From: Candidatus Limnocylindrales bacterium
Lineage (GTDB): Bacteria > Moduliflexota > Moduliflexia > Moduliflexales > JAUQPW01
Assembly: GCA_035559535.1 (NCBI GenBank)
Contig: DATMBG010000012.1
Span: 248,001-289,682, forward strand
Direction of reading: 5' to 3'
DNA length: 41,682 nucleotides
The notes below the pieces were generated by a model. It was not told where the DNA came from, ran no database searches, and saw nothing but the letters and a program-made list of their open reading frames with translations. This document shows positions 17,480-26,193 of this stretch, one piece after another; positions within the stretch are counted from its first letter, which is position 1, and every line of letters begins with the position of its first letter. Made by a program: the position numbers and the translations under genes.

Positions 17480-18922
17480 CTAAACCAGAGCAAACTGCTC
17501 TTCCGTAGGCTCGGCTCAGCAATACCAGGGTTCGCTTAAGTAAGGAACGCTGGTGGAAGGGTGTAGATCCAAAGGTTCTCTTGCCGATTCGGGTTGATTT
17601 AAAGCCCTACGGACACAAGACCGAATAGCATCAAAAATCTCCCGTCGGGTTGATTTCTTCATAATACCCTTACGGACGAGTTTAGTTACTTCCTGGTACA
17701 ACTGTTCAACCCGGGGATCACGATGGGTCCAGCGATAGCTTAACCGCTCTACCTCAAAGGGACCTATCAAGGCCCTGACCTCAGGGAGTTCCAGAAGCTT
17801 TGAGCCTTCAGGAATCAATAAGCGAATGGCTAACTGGATAGGAGCTACGTGGTCTATCAAATTCAAGTCATCTAGTAAGGTAAGTAACTCCAGATAACCT
17901 TCCAGGGTCGTCCACGGGGTGAAGGTCACAAAGGTTGGATTAAGGGTTAAATCGTGCTCCTGAAACAACTGCACGACCTTTATGAAATCTTCTCGAGTAT
18001 GGCCTTTGTTCAGGATCGCCAGCACATGATTATCGATGGATTCTACAGCTGTTGTTACAATAGCACAGCCGGTTTCACGCAGGACAGGCAGATAAGAAGC
18101 ATATTTCAGCAGATGCTCCACTTTGATGGTTACGTCGTAGGAAAGATGGGGATATTCCCGATGAAGCGCCTGAACCAGGGGAATGGTATGACCGATACCG
18201 TTGAAAAAATCCGGGTCGCCAAAGGTGATATGCTGAGCACCGGCTTCTACTTGCTGACGAATGTCCTGTAAGACGACCTCTTGTTGTACAATCCGAAATT
18301 TCCCTTGATAAACAGGTACAATAGGGCAATGGCGGCAGAAATGTTTGCAACCTCGACTGGCTTCTACATAACCTACTTTTCGGAAGGTTCCTTTCCCAGT
18401 ATAGAACCGTGCATAATTGGATAGATCTGGAAGATCCCGCCGATCTGGAACCAGAAATTGCTGACGATTTCTTGAGATAACAGGCTCGACCTGCTTTGAA
18501 GGTCGAGGGACCTGAGTTGGGAGACCTCCGGCTTCTGAATACGCCTTTTCGATCTCCCTATAAAACCGTTTACAGAACTGTACCAGACCCTCTTCAAATT
18601 CCCCTCCAAGAATCACCTCTACACCCAATTCACGTAAATACCTTTCGTTCAAGGGAGCATATAACCCATAAAAACAGATGGATACTGTCGGGTTAAGTGC
18701 TTTGATCTTAGCAATGAGTGGAATGGCCAGGCGTGTGGCAGTATGCATTGGAACGTAAAGTGCTACCACATCTGCCGTCTTAAGGGTCTCTTCGGACAAT
18801 TCTTCAACGGCCAGATCCAGGCAGACCACCTCAAATCCCTCACGTCGTAACCATGCAGCCGGTGAGGCAAGACCAAAGGGTTGACGACCCAACTCATAAG
18901 TTGAGATCAAAACAATTTGCAC
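17480..18922 (-). CDS. CUAEP-tail radical SAM selenoprotein (B12-binding-like N-domain plus radical SAM; Sec at TGA 17516-17518), 480 aa
   Basis: CxxxCxxC (RGCKHFCRHC). Reading through the TGA gives EPWYC-U-AEPTEEQFALV-TAG, with a SECIS-like hairpin directly downstream of the TGA. Confidence 0.88.
17481..17518 (-). promoter_or_regulatory. Bacterial SECIS-like element
   Basis: mRNA UGA-GCC-[GAGCC]-UACGGA-[AGAGCA]-GUU-[UGCUCU]-[GGUUU]: 6-bp upper stem, apical loop starting with G 20 nt after the UGA. Confidence 0.7.
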
Positions 18923-19021
18923 CTGCTACCCTGCTGATTGTCGTAACACCTGGAATCGTTTTAATAATTAAAAACAATCGAAGGTGTTCGTACAAGCCCT
19001 TACAATCCTTGAAGATTTCAA

Positions 19022-19609
19022 CTACTTGGAGGGTTGGTAATAGGGATTCTTTCCACCTGCATGGTCCGTTACATCAAGAACCTGTGTAATCTCAGGTACC
19101 TCTTCTTTAATCATAACCTCGATGCCCTGTTTCAAGGTAACGTCCACCATTCCGCATCCCTGGCATCCTCCACCCAGTTGCACATATACCACGTTATCTT
19201 TGATATCTATAAGGGATACATAGCCTCCATGCGCTGCTATGGCAGGGTTAATTCGGGTATCGATCAACTGCTGGATCCTCTGAGCTACAGGTCCTGTAAG
19301 ATGGGCCGGCAGCTTTTTAGGTGCATCTATTTTGAACCCGCTACTCATGATATTATCGACGTAATCCAGGGTTGCGTTTTCTAAATACTGGGCACTTTGA
19401 GGATCAATATAAATATCAAATCCCTCAACGGGTACAACGATATCTTCCGGTTGTTCCTGTCCCTCGACGATAAAAAGCAGACGGTGCTCAACTTTTAAGG
19501 GTGATTTGGCCTCAGCAATGACCCGTAGCCCTTTGATAGGCTTTCCGGTCTTTTGCATCAGCTCAAGCACCTTTTCTCTGGCAACTTCGGTAACTGTTAT
19601 CATAGACAC
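19022..19609 (-). CDS. nfuA: NfuA-like Fe-S cluster carrier (degenerate A-type domain plus NifU domain)
   Basis: N-terminal ITVTEVAREKV...LDYVD...GFKI lacking A-type cysteines; C-terminal INPAIAAHGG...GGCQGC...DVTDHAGG. Confidence 0.85.
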   Translation of the reverse strand: MSMITVTEVAREKVLELMQKTGKPIKGLRVIAEAKSPLKVEHRLLFIVEGQEQPEDIVVPVEGFDIYIDPQSAQYLENATLDYVDNIMSSGFKIDAPKKLPAHLTGPVAQRIQQLIDTRINPAIAAHGGYVSLIDIKDNVVYVQLGGGCQGCGMVDVTLKQGIEVMIKEEVPEITQVLDVTDHAGGKNPYYQPSK

Positions 19610-19739
19610 CTCTTTTCTTTTTACAAAATAGGGAATAAGGTTTATAGAAAATTTAAAATAATTAAGAAACGTTCTTATCTTAGTATAAGACCCTATTACC
19701 GGTTAGCAACTTATTTCTTTACTTCGGTAAAGCAATTTC

Positions 19740-19767
19740 TTGATTTGTGGAAAATGAGAAGTATACT
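19740..19767 (+). promoter_or_regulatory. Putative sigma70 promoter for the dehydratase gene
   Basis: TTGATT-N16-TATACT in the AT-rich divergent spacer. Confidence 0.35.
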
Positions 19768-19935
19768 GTGCGTAATAATGCAGAAAGAATCCCCTAAGTT
19801 TGGGTAAAAAGGAAACAACTTTTTGTCCATAAGGATACCGGAATCTGAAAGATTCCCGAAAAGGTTTCATAAGGGATCATTCTTTGTGTTCTGGTATCTT
19901 TGCGGTTCTTTGTTGACCGGGAAGGAGATTTATCC

Positions 19936-21942
19936 ATGGTTTTGAACTCAAAAGTATGGCCTGATTATTTACAATCCTCCGAGGATATTTTTGAGGTTAG
20001 AACAAAAGCTCCAGGGCCTCAGGGTATGTTACCCTTTACAGAGGAGATGCTTCGGGGAGAACCCAGCGGTAATTTGTTTGCAGGATCACAGAATGCGGGG
20101 ATGGGCTGGAACCCTGCCCGGGTATTTGGGAAGGATATGCTGATCTTGAGTACAATGGGGGGCCTTCGGGAGAGGGACGGTACCCCGGTTGCCTTGGGTT
20201 ATCATACGGGTCATTGGGAACTTGATTTGCTTGTGAGGGAAGCGGCGAATACCCTCAAGGATCTGGGCTACATCCCATTTGCCACCCATTGTACAGATGT
20301 CTGTGATGGGCGAACCCAGGGGACTGTGGGGATGATGGATAGCCTGGCTTATCGTAATAGTGCGGCTGAGGTTTTGGGGAGATTGATTCGTTCACTACCC
20401 AATCGTAAAGGCCTTATAGGCATCGCAACCTGTGATAAAGGCCTTCCGGCCATGATGATGGCTCTGGCAGCAGCTCGCGATTTACCGGGTATCCTGATTC
20501 CGGGCGGAACGACGCTGCCTCCTATAGCAGGTGAAGATGCCGGTAAAGTCCAATCGATAGGGGTTCGGTTCTCTCACGGTGAATTAACGATCCAGGAAGC
20601 TGCTCAACTGGCTTGCTCTGCCTGTGCCAGTCCGGGAGGAGGATGTCAGTTCTTAGGGACTGCCGCCACTTCCCAGGTTATAGCTGAAGCTTTAGGCATA
20701 GCTTTACCCCACTCTGCCCTTGCTCCCTCAGGTGAACCTGTCTGGTTAAACCTGGCTCGCAGCTCTGCCATGGCACTTCAACAATTGGAGCAGAAAGGCC
20801 TGACACTTCGTCACATTCTGACACCTGCTGCTTTTGAAAATGCTATGGCGGTTCACGCTGCCTTTGGAGGTTCTACCAATCTCTTATTGCATCTTCCTGC
20901 TATCGCTCACTCGGCAGGTGTTAAAAGACCGACTGTGGCGGATTGGGCCCGGATCAATCGAATCGTTCCCCGGATTGTTGATGTACTCCCTAATGGTCCG
21001 ACCAACTATAAGACGGTTCAAGTATTCTTGGCAGGGGCCGTTCCCGAAGTCATGCTCCATTTGCGAGATCTGGGAGTTTTGGATTTGGATTGCCTGACCG
21101 TTTCCGGTATGACAGTTCGAGATAATCTGCTGTGGTGGGAAGAATCCCCCCGTCGGGCGCGATTCCGTGAAATACTGCGTGAACAAGATGGGGTCAATCC
21201 CGATGAGGTCATTATGAGCCCGGCCCGTGCCAAACAACGGGGACTTACCAGCACGGTAGTTTTTCCCCAGGGTAATTTAGCCCCCGAGGGATGCGTAGTT
21301 AAGAGTACTGCCATCGACCCCAGTCTTTGTAAAGATGGAGTCTATGACCATATAGGTCCGGCTCGAGTCTTTGTCTCGGAAGATGATGCCATAGCAGCCG
21401 TTAAATCCACCGGGCCCGATCGTATTCAACCCGGAGATATTATCGTTCTTATCTGTCGCGGTCCCTTAGGGGCAGGTATGCCTGAGACGGCTCAGATTAC
21501 CTTTGCCCTGAAATATACCAAAGCCCTCAAAGGGGTCGCATTGATCACAGACGGGCGATTCTCCGGTTTCTCAAGTGGCCCCTGTATCGGACACGTTGGT
21601 CCAGAAGCCCTGGCAGGAGGACCTATAGGAAAGGTTCTAGATGGAGATATTCTCCACATTCGAATTGATCGCAACCAACTGAACGGCACGATTAACCTGA
21701 TCGGAGAAGCCGGCTCTCCAAAGGAATCCTGGAGTGTCGAAAGGGGTCATCGCATCCTCGCCGAACGTGCTCCCCGCAAAGACTTGCGGCCCGATCCGCA
21801 TTTGCCTCTTGCGGTCAAACTTTTTGCCGAACTCCAATTGTCCGGTGGCGGTACCTGGGGCGGCTGTGTTTATGACGAAGAAGCCATCATTCAAACCTTA
21901 AGGGCAGGAAGGGCAGGTCGAGAAGCCAAACAGAAAAAGTAG
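19936..21942 (+). CDS. YjhG/YagF family D-xylonate dehydratase-like protein (IlvD/Edd family)
   Basis: Motifs [39 protein letters not shown] and TDGRFSG; AAGGAG SD before ATG 19936. Confidence 0.88.
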   Translation: MVLNSKVWPDYLQSSEDIFEVRTKAPGPQGMLPFTEEMLRGEPSGNLFAGSQNAGMGWNPARVFGKDMLILSTMGGLRERDGTPVALGYHTGHWELDLLVREAANTLKDLGYIPFATHCTDVCDGRTQGTVGMMDSLAYRNSAAEVLGRLIRSLPNRKGLIGIATCDKGLPAMMMALAAARDLPGILIPGGTTLPPIAGEDAGKVQSIGVRFSHGELTIQEAAQLACSACASPGGGCQFLGTAATSQVIAEALGIALPHSALAPSGEPVWLNLARSSAMALQQLEQKGLTLRHILTPAAFENAMAVHAAFGGSTNLLLHLPAIAHSAGVKRPTVADWARINRIVPRIVDVLPNGPTNYKTVQVFLAGAVPEVMLHLRDLGVLDLDCLTVSGMTVRDNLLWWEESPRRARFREILREQDGVNPDEVIMSPARAKQRGLTSTVVFPQGNLAPEGCVVKSTAIDPSLCKDGVYDHIGPARVFVSEDDAIAAVKSTGPDRIQPGDIIVLICRGPLGAGMPETAQITFALKYTKALKGVALITDGRFSGFSSGPCIGHVGPEALAGGPIGKVLDGDILHIRIDRNQLNGTINLIGEAGSPKESWSVERGHRILAERAPRKDLRPDPHLPLAVKLFAELQLSGGGTWGGCVYDEEAIIQTLRAGRAGREAKQKK

Positions 21943-21972
21943 CCCCCTGAGGTCCTATACCACCCTATAGAC

Positions 21973-22054
21973 CTAACAAATGTAAAATATATGATCGAAT
22001 ACTTGACATTTTATCTAACAAATGTTAAATAAGCCAGACAATATCTTGACATTT
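21973..22054. repeat. Tandem direct repeat of about 42 bp, each unit an imperfect palindrome containing TTGACA
   Basis: CTAACAAATGT(A/T)AAATA-N(12-13)-CTTGACATTT occurs twice, at 21973 and 22015. The second TTGACA (22046) is followed after 16 nt by TAGCAT. Confidence 0.7.
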
Positions 22055-22164
22055 CCCCTGTTAGAAGTAGCATAATTTTTGTGAAGGTAGGTAAAGGGCA
22101 ATATAACGTAAATAGGCCAAACTCCGTGAATCTGGGTTTGGCTGTAGGGAGAAGACTTTAGCCT

Positions 22165-24249
22165 ATGAAAGTACTCCTTGTAGAAGATGATCCCTTGACA
22201 CGACGGTTGCTGGAGACGGTTATCCGGTCGTGTGGATATGAAGTTACGGCTTGTGCTGATGCTGAAACAGCCTGGGAGATTTATCAACAGGAGGCTCATC
22301 CCTTGATTGTCCTGGATTGGGTGCTACCAGGAATGGATGGTTTACAGCTCTGTCGTCGAATGCGACTGCTTCCCCAAGGAAATTGGAGTGTGATTTTGAT
22401 CATCACGGTGCGGGATCAGGTGGAAGATCTCCGAGAAGTACTTGAAGCCGGTGCGGACGATTATTTATCTAAACCAGTAGATGTCAGGCTTCTAAAGGTG
22501 CGACTGGCTATTGCTGAGCGACGAATACGTGATCTCCTGGAACGCAAGCGAGCCGAAGAGGCGATGCGACTGCGAGATCGTGCAATTGCAGCCGCCAGCA
22601 GTGGAATTGCCATTACGGATCCAAACCAACCCGATAATCCCGTGATTTATTGTAATCCGGCTCTTGAAAGGATAACCGGCTATACCCAGGCAGAGATCTT
22701 GGGGCGTAACCTGCGATTTCTGCAAGGACCCGACACGGACCCGGCGACTATCTCAGAGATTCGAAACGCCCTACGGGAGGAACGGGAATGCTGGGTGGTT
22801 TTAAAAAATTACCGTAAGGATGGGTCTCCGTTCTGGAATGAATTGACCATTGCGCCTGTACGGGATGAGAAAGGGCGCCTGACCCATTTTATTGGGGTAC
22901 AGACGGATATCACCCAACGTAAGCGGGATGAGGAAACGATTCGTCACCTGGCTTATGACGATGCTCTGACCGGTCTACCGAATCGAACGCTCTTTAATGA
23001 CCGCCTTACCCTGGCTTTAGCTCAAGCCCATCGTAACCAAGGAAGGTTGGCGGTTATGCTCATGGATTTGGATCGATTTAAAATTATCAATGACACTTTA
23101 GGACATGCGGTAGGTGATCAGTTATTGCGAGGAGTTGCCCGGCGATTGATAAACTCTTTACGCGAGGGAGATACCGTAGCCCGTCTGGGAGATGACGAAT
23201 TTGCGTTTCTGTTGCCGGGTATGGACCAGGTAGAGGATGTGGCAAAAACCGCTCAGAAAATCATTGAAATTCTTAAATCTGCCTTTTATTTCGAAGGTCA
23301 TGAGCTTCATGTTACGCCCAGCATCGGGATTGCCCTTTATCCTAATGATGGAGAAGATGCTCAGACCTTACTCAAGAACGCAAATACAGCCTTACATCGG
23401 GCCAAAGAACAGGGCCGGAACACTTATCAGCTCTATACCCCTGCCATGAATGCTACCGCCTTGGAACGATTAGCTCTGGAAAGTCGGTTATACCGGGCAT
23501 TAGAGCGGGAAGAATTTGTGATTTATTACCAACCTCAGATAAATATCCATACCGGAAAGGTTGTCGGTGTAGAAGCTCTGGTCCGCTGGCGTCATCCCAA
23601 ATTAGGTTTGATCCTTCCAGGTAAATTTATCCCGCTGGCAGAAGAGACCGGTTTTATTATACCTCTTGGGGAATGGGTTTTACTGACAGCCTGTGCTCAA
23701 AATAAAGCCTGGCAAGATGCCGGTCTTCCTCCTTTGCGCATGGCCGTAAATCTTTCGATAAGTCACTTTAAACGAGAAGATTTAACCAAAATGCTGGCCC
23801 AGGTATTAGAAAAGACCGGTCTTCACCCCAGTTATCTGGAGCTGGAATTGACCGAAAGTATTGGCATGGAAAATGTGGAAAGAGCTATTACGAAGTTGCA
23901 GGAATTGAAAGCCTTAGGGGTTAAACTTTCCATCGATGATTTTGGAACCGGCTACTCCTCCCTGAGTTATCTCAAACGCTTTCCTATTGATACTTTAAAA
24001 ATTGATCAATCCTTTGTTCAGCATATTCCTACAAATCCCAATGATGCAGCTATTACAACGGCTATTATTGCCATGGCTCATAGTCTAAACCTGAAGGTCA
24101 TTGCCGAGGGTGTTGAAACCGAAGAGCAACTGACCTTTTTACGTCCCTATCGCTGTGATGAAATGCAGGGTTTTCTTTTTAGTAAACCTATGCCGGCTGA
24201 AGAGTTTATCCAATTCTTTCGAGAAAAAATGACAGACAACCCCCGGTAA
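22165..24249 (+). CDS. Response regulator with LOV-like PAS, GGDEF(GDDEF) and EAL domains; probable c-di-GMP phosphodiesterase
   Basis: REC (VEDD, LDW, T, KP); PAS GRNLRFLQG...NYRKDG..FWN...GVQTD; RLGDDEF; EALVRW, ELTES, DDFGTGYSS, LKID, EGVE. Confidence 0.93.
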   Translation: MKVLLVEDDPLTRRLLETVIRSCGYEVTACADAETAWEIYQQEAHPLIVLDWVLPGMDGLQLCRRMRLLPQGNWSVILIITVRDQVEDLREVLEAGADDYLSKPVDVRLLKVRLAIAERRIRDLLERKRAEEAMRLRDRAIAAASSGIAITDPNQPDNPVIYCNPALERITGYTQAEILGRNLRFLQGPDTDPATISEIRNALREERECWVVLKNYRKDGSPFWNELTIAPVRDEKGRLTHFIGVQTDITQRKRDEETIRHLAYDDALTGLPNRTLFNDRLTLALAQAHRNQGRLAVMLMDLDRFKIINDTLGHAVGDQLLRGVARRLINSLREGDTVARLGDDEFAFLLPGMDQVEDVAKTAQKIIEILKSAFYFEGHELHVTPSIGIALYPNDGEDAQTLLKNANTALHRAKEQGRNTYQLYTPAMNATALERLALESRLYRALEREEFVIYYQPQINIHTGKVVGVEALVRWRHPKLGLILPGKFIPLAEETGFIIPLGEWVLLTACAQNKAWQDAGLPPLRMAVNLSISHFKREDLTKMLAQVLEKTGLHPSYLELELTESIGMENVERAITKLQELKALGVKLSIDDFGTGYSSLSYLKRFPIDTLKIDQSFVQHIPTNPNDAAITTAIIAMAHSLNLKVIAEGVETEEQLTFLRPYRCDEMQGFLFSKPMPAEEFIQFFREKMTDNPR

Positions 24250-24457
24250 GCAGAAAGCAGTAAGGACAACCGGTCAGTTGCCTGTACTAACAGGCCACAG
24301 GTAATAGACCATCGTATCAATTTCTGAGAGATGAGGATTTAGCGTCAGAAATTTCCATGGCTATAAAGGCAGGTTTCAAACCTGCTCTTACCCATAGGGA
24401 TGAACTTTAATATTGAATCGGCAAAGGCAGCTTCTGGACTTTCTACTCCCTTATCTC

Positions 24458-25507
24458 CTATTCCTTTATCCATGACCCAGAGTTTTTAACATCCCGGGCC
24501 ATTACGGCCACGCAATCTCCCCTCTCCACCAGACCGGGACCTCGTCTGCAAATCATGAGTCCGTCGCTTTCGGCTCTTACCTCTTCCGGTTCCCAGTCCA
24601 CGCGGTCTAAAAAATGAACCTGACCGATGGGTTGACCCTTTTTGACTTCTGTACCCAGCTCATAGAAGGATTCGTAGATCCCATCGGCAGGAGACATGAC
24701 ATAGTCTTCCCGGTTGGGTGATTCGACCAGGCGGGTAGGCGGGAGACCCTGGGATTCCCGGGTAGCTATCTCACCGTTTAACAAACCGAAATGGATGAGG
24801 ACATTACGGGTGCCTACTTCGGCAATTTTCAAAGCAGTCGGGGAAACCTGTCCACTTCCGGCCAGCTCGGTCCCGATAACAATCTTACCCATTTTTTCTG
24901 CTTCCTCATTCAGAAGTCCTTCTCCAGCAACCTCCCGCATGAGAAAACCAATAGGGGCATTAAAGACAAGAAGTGCTTCCAACATCTTTTTATACTGATC
25001 GGGGTTTTCTACTTTATGCATCAAAGCACAGGGGATAAACTGCATGGAATAACCCCCGGAGTGGAGGTCTAAGATAATATCTGAGATGGGAAGGAGAAAG
25101 TGCGTTACATAATGGGCAATAAGGGAGGTCATGGTACCCTGTCTTTCTCCCGGAAAGGATCTGTTCATATTTTTGCCGTCTACAGGCGATAATCGTTTCC
25201 CAGCTTTAGCTGCAGGAAAATTCAGAGCCGGAATCAGGATAATCCGACCGTTGACCTCCTCCGGTCTCAAAGATCGGGCCAATTTCATGATACAAACTTG
25301 CCCTTCAAACTCATCGCCATGGTTACCGGCAACAATAAGTGCGGTGGGTCCTCGACCGTTTTTAATAACAGTTATGGGTATAAAGAGATTTCCCCATCCT
25401 GAGCTATCCCTGGAATGAGGAATTCTTAAATATCCCTGTTGTTTACCTTCCTTGTCGTAATCAATATCTGTGTAAACCTGGGTCTTTATCATTTGTCCAT
25501 GGCTCAT
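24458..25507 (-). CDS. Succinylglutamate desuccinylase/aspartoacylase family deacylase (DoeB-like)
   Basis: GNHGDEFEG, NMNRSFPG and DLHSGG zinc-carboxypeptidase-fold motifs. Start is ATG 25507 or 25492; the longer ORF-track N-terminus reads through a repeat. Confidence 0.88.
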   Translation of the reverse strand: MSHGQMIKTQVYTDIDYDKEGKQQGYLRIPHSRDSSGWGNLFIPITVIKNGRGPTALIVAGNHGDEFEGQVCIMKLARSLRPEEVNGRIILIPALNFPAAKAGKRLSPVDGKNMNRSFPGERQGTMTSLIAHYVTHFLLPISDIILDLHSGGYSMQFIPCALMHKVENPDQYKKMLEALLVFNAPIGFLMREVAGEGLLNEEAEKMGKIVIGTELAGSGQVSPTALKIAEVGTRNVLIHFGLLNGEIATRESQGLPPTRLVESPNREDYVMSPADGIYESFYELGTEVKKGQPIGQVHFLDRVDWEPEEVRAESDGLMICRRGPGLVERGDCVAVMARDVKNSGSWIKE

Positions 25508-25583
25508 GGTTGTGGGGGTATGGGCATGTGGGAGTGTGGGAGTAAATTCTTCCATACCCCCATACTCCCATACCCCCACACTT
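25508..25583. repeat. Octamer-unit palindromic repeat (GAGTRTGG-like units followed by CCAYACYC-like units)
   Basis: ggttgtgg gggtatgg gcatgtgg gagtgtgg gagtaaat ... ccataccc ccatactc ccataccc ccacactt. Confidence 0.8.
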
Positions 25584-25648
25584 CTATGAACCTCCACGTA
25601 TGGAAAGTCAATAACGAGAAACAACGAATCACAAACCATAAACCGAAG

Positions 25649-26080
25649 TTAAATATCCAGGATAACCTGGGCCCACCATCCTTCAGAGGTTTTTTTAACC
25701 TGAAATTGATGAAGGGTAACGGCTTTTACATCCACCCGGAGATCATGCTTTTCAGGATTTAACTCTTCCCCATATGCTTCTGCTCGAAGCTTAAAACCTT
25801 TCTGAGTTTTTTCGATATGGATGTTATCGATCCGGAGGAGGAGCCTTTGGGCGTCTTTATAATAAATCAATTCCTGTAAAAAATTAAACAACAGCAAGTC
25901 CAGATTCTCCTCTTCCAGCTCGATACGTCGCTTTTCTCCATCTGCAATGGTGCTCAAATCGGCTACCATGACATTCATCGTCGCATCGGCTGCGGCTTTA
26001 AAGAGTTCTTCCGGTGTGGATCCCCACGCCTCAAAGGCTATATCGGCAATAGCTATTTCTTCAAGGTACTTATAAGGCAT
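25649..26080 (-). CDS. Archease
   Basis: YKYLEEIAIADIAFEAWG...ELF..AA, DVKAVTLH and terminal LDI; directly downstream of rtcB. Confidence 0.92.
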   Translation of the reverse strand: MPYKYLEEIAIADIAFEAWGSTPEELFKAAADATMNVMVADLSTIADGEKRRIELEEENLDLLLFNFLQELIYYKDAQRLLLRIDNIHIEKTQKGFKLRAEAYGEELNPEKHDLRVDVKAVTLHQFQVKKTSEGWWAQVILDI

Positions 26081-26193
26081 TTTGAATCTTTTGTGAGGGA
26101 ACTTCCCTTAAAAGAACCTTACCTCTTCTTTCCTGTTCTTTCCTGCAACTGCAGGAGAAAGGAGGAAAGACTTTTTATCTGAAGGGTATAAAG

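Noticed and set aside
21973-22054. Possible mini-CRISPR array
   Set aside because: Only two units, with variable parts far too short for spacers and no cas genes.
22079-22096. TTGTGAA as a Rex operator
   Set aside because: Half-site only; no TTCACAA partner at the expected spacing.
22090-22150. Possible c-di-GMP riboswitch ahead of the GGDEF-EAL gene
   Set aside because: Only a simple GCCAAAC/GTTTGGC hairpin; the two-stem GEMM architecture with tetraloop and receptor is not recognisable.
25508-25639. ORF-track N-terminal extension of the deacylase
   Set aside because: It translates the 8-mer and 7-mer repeats (GVWEYGG, PTLPHAHTP); family-like sequence starts after 25507.
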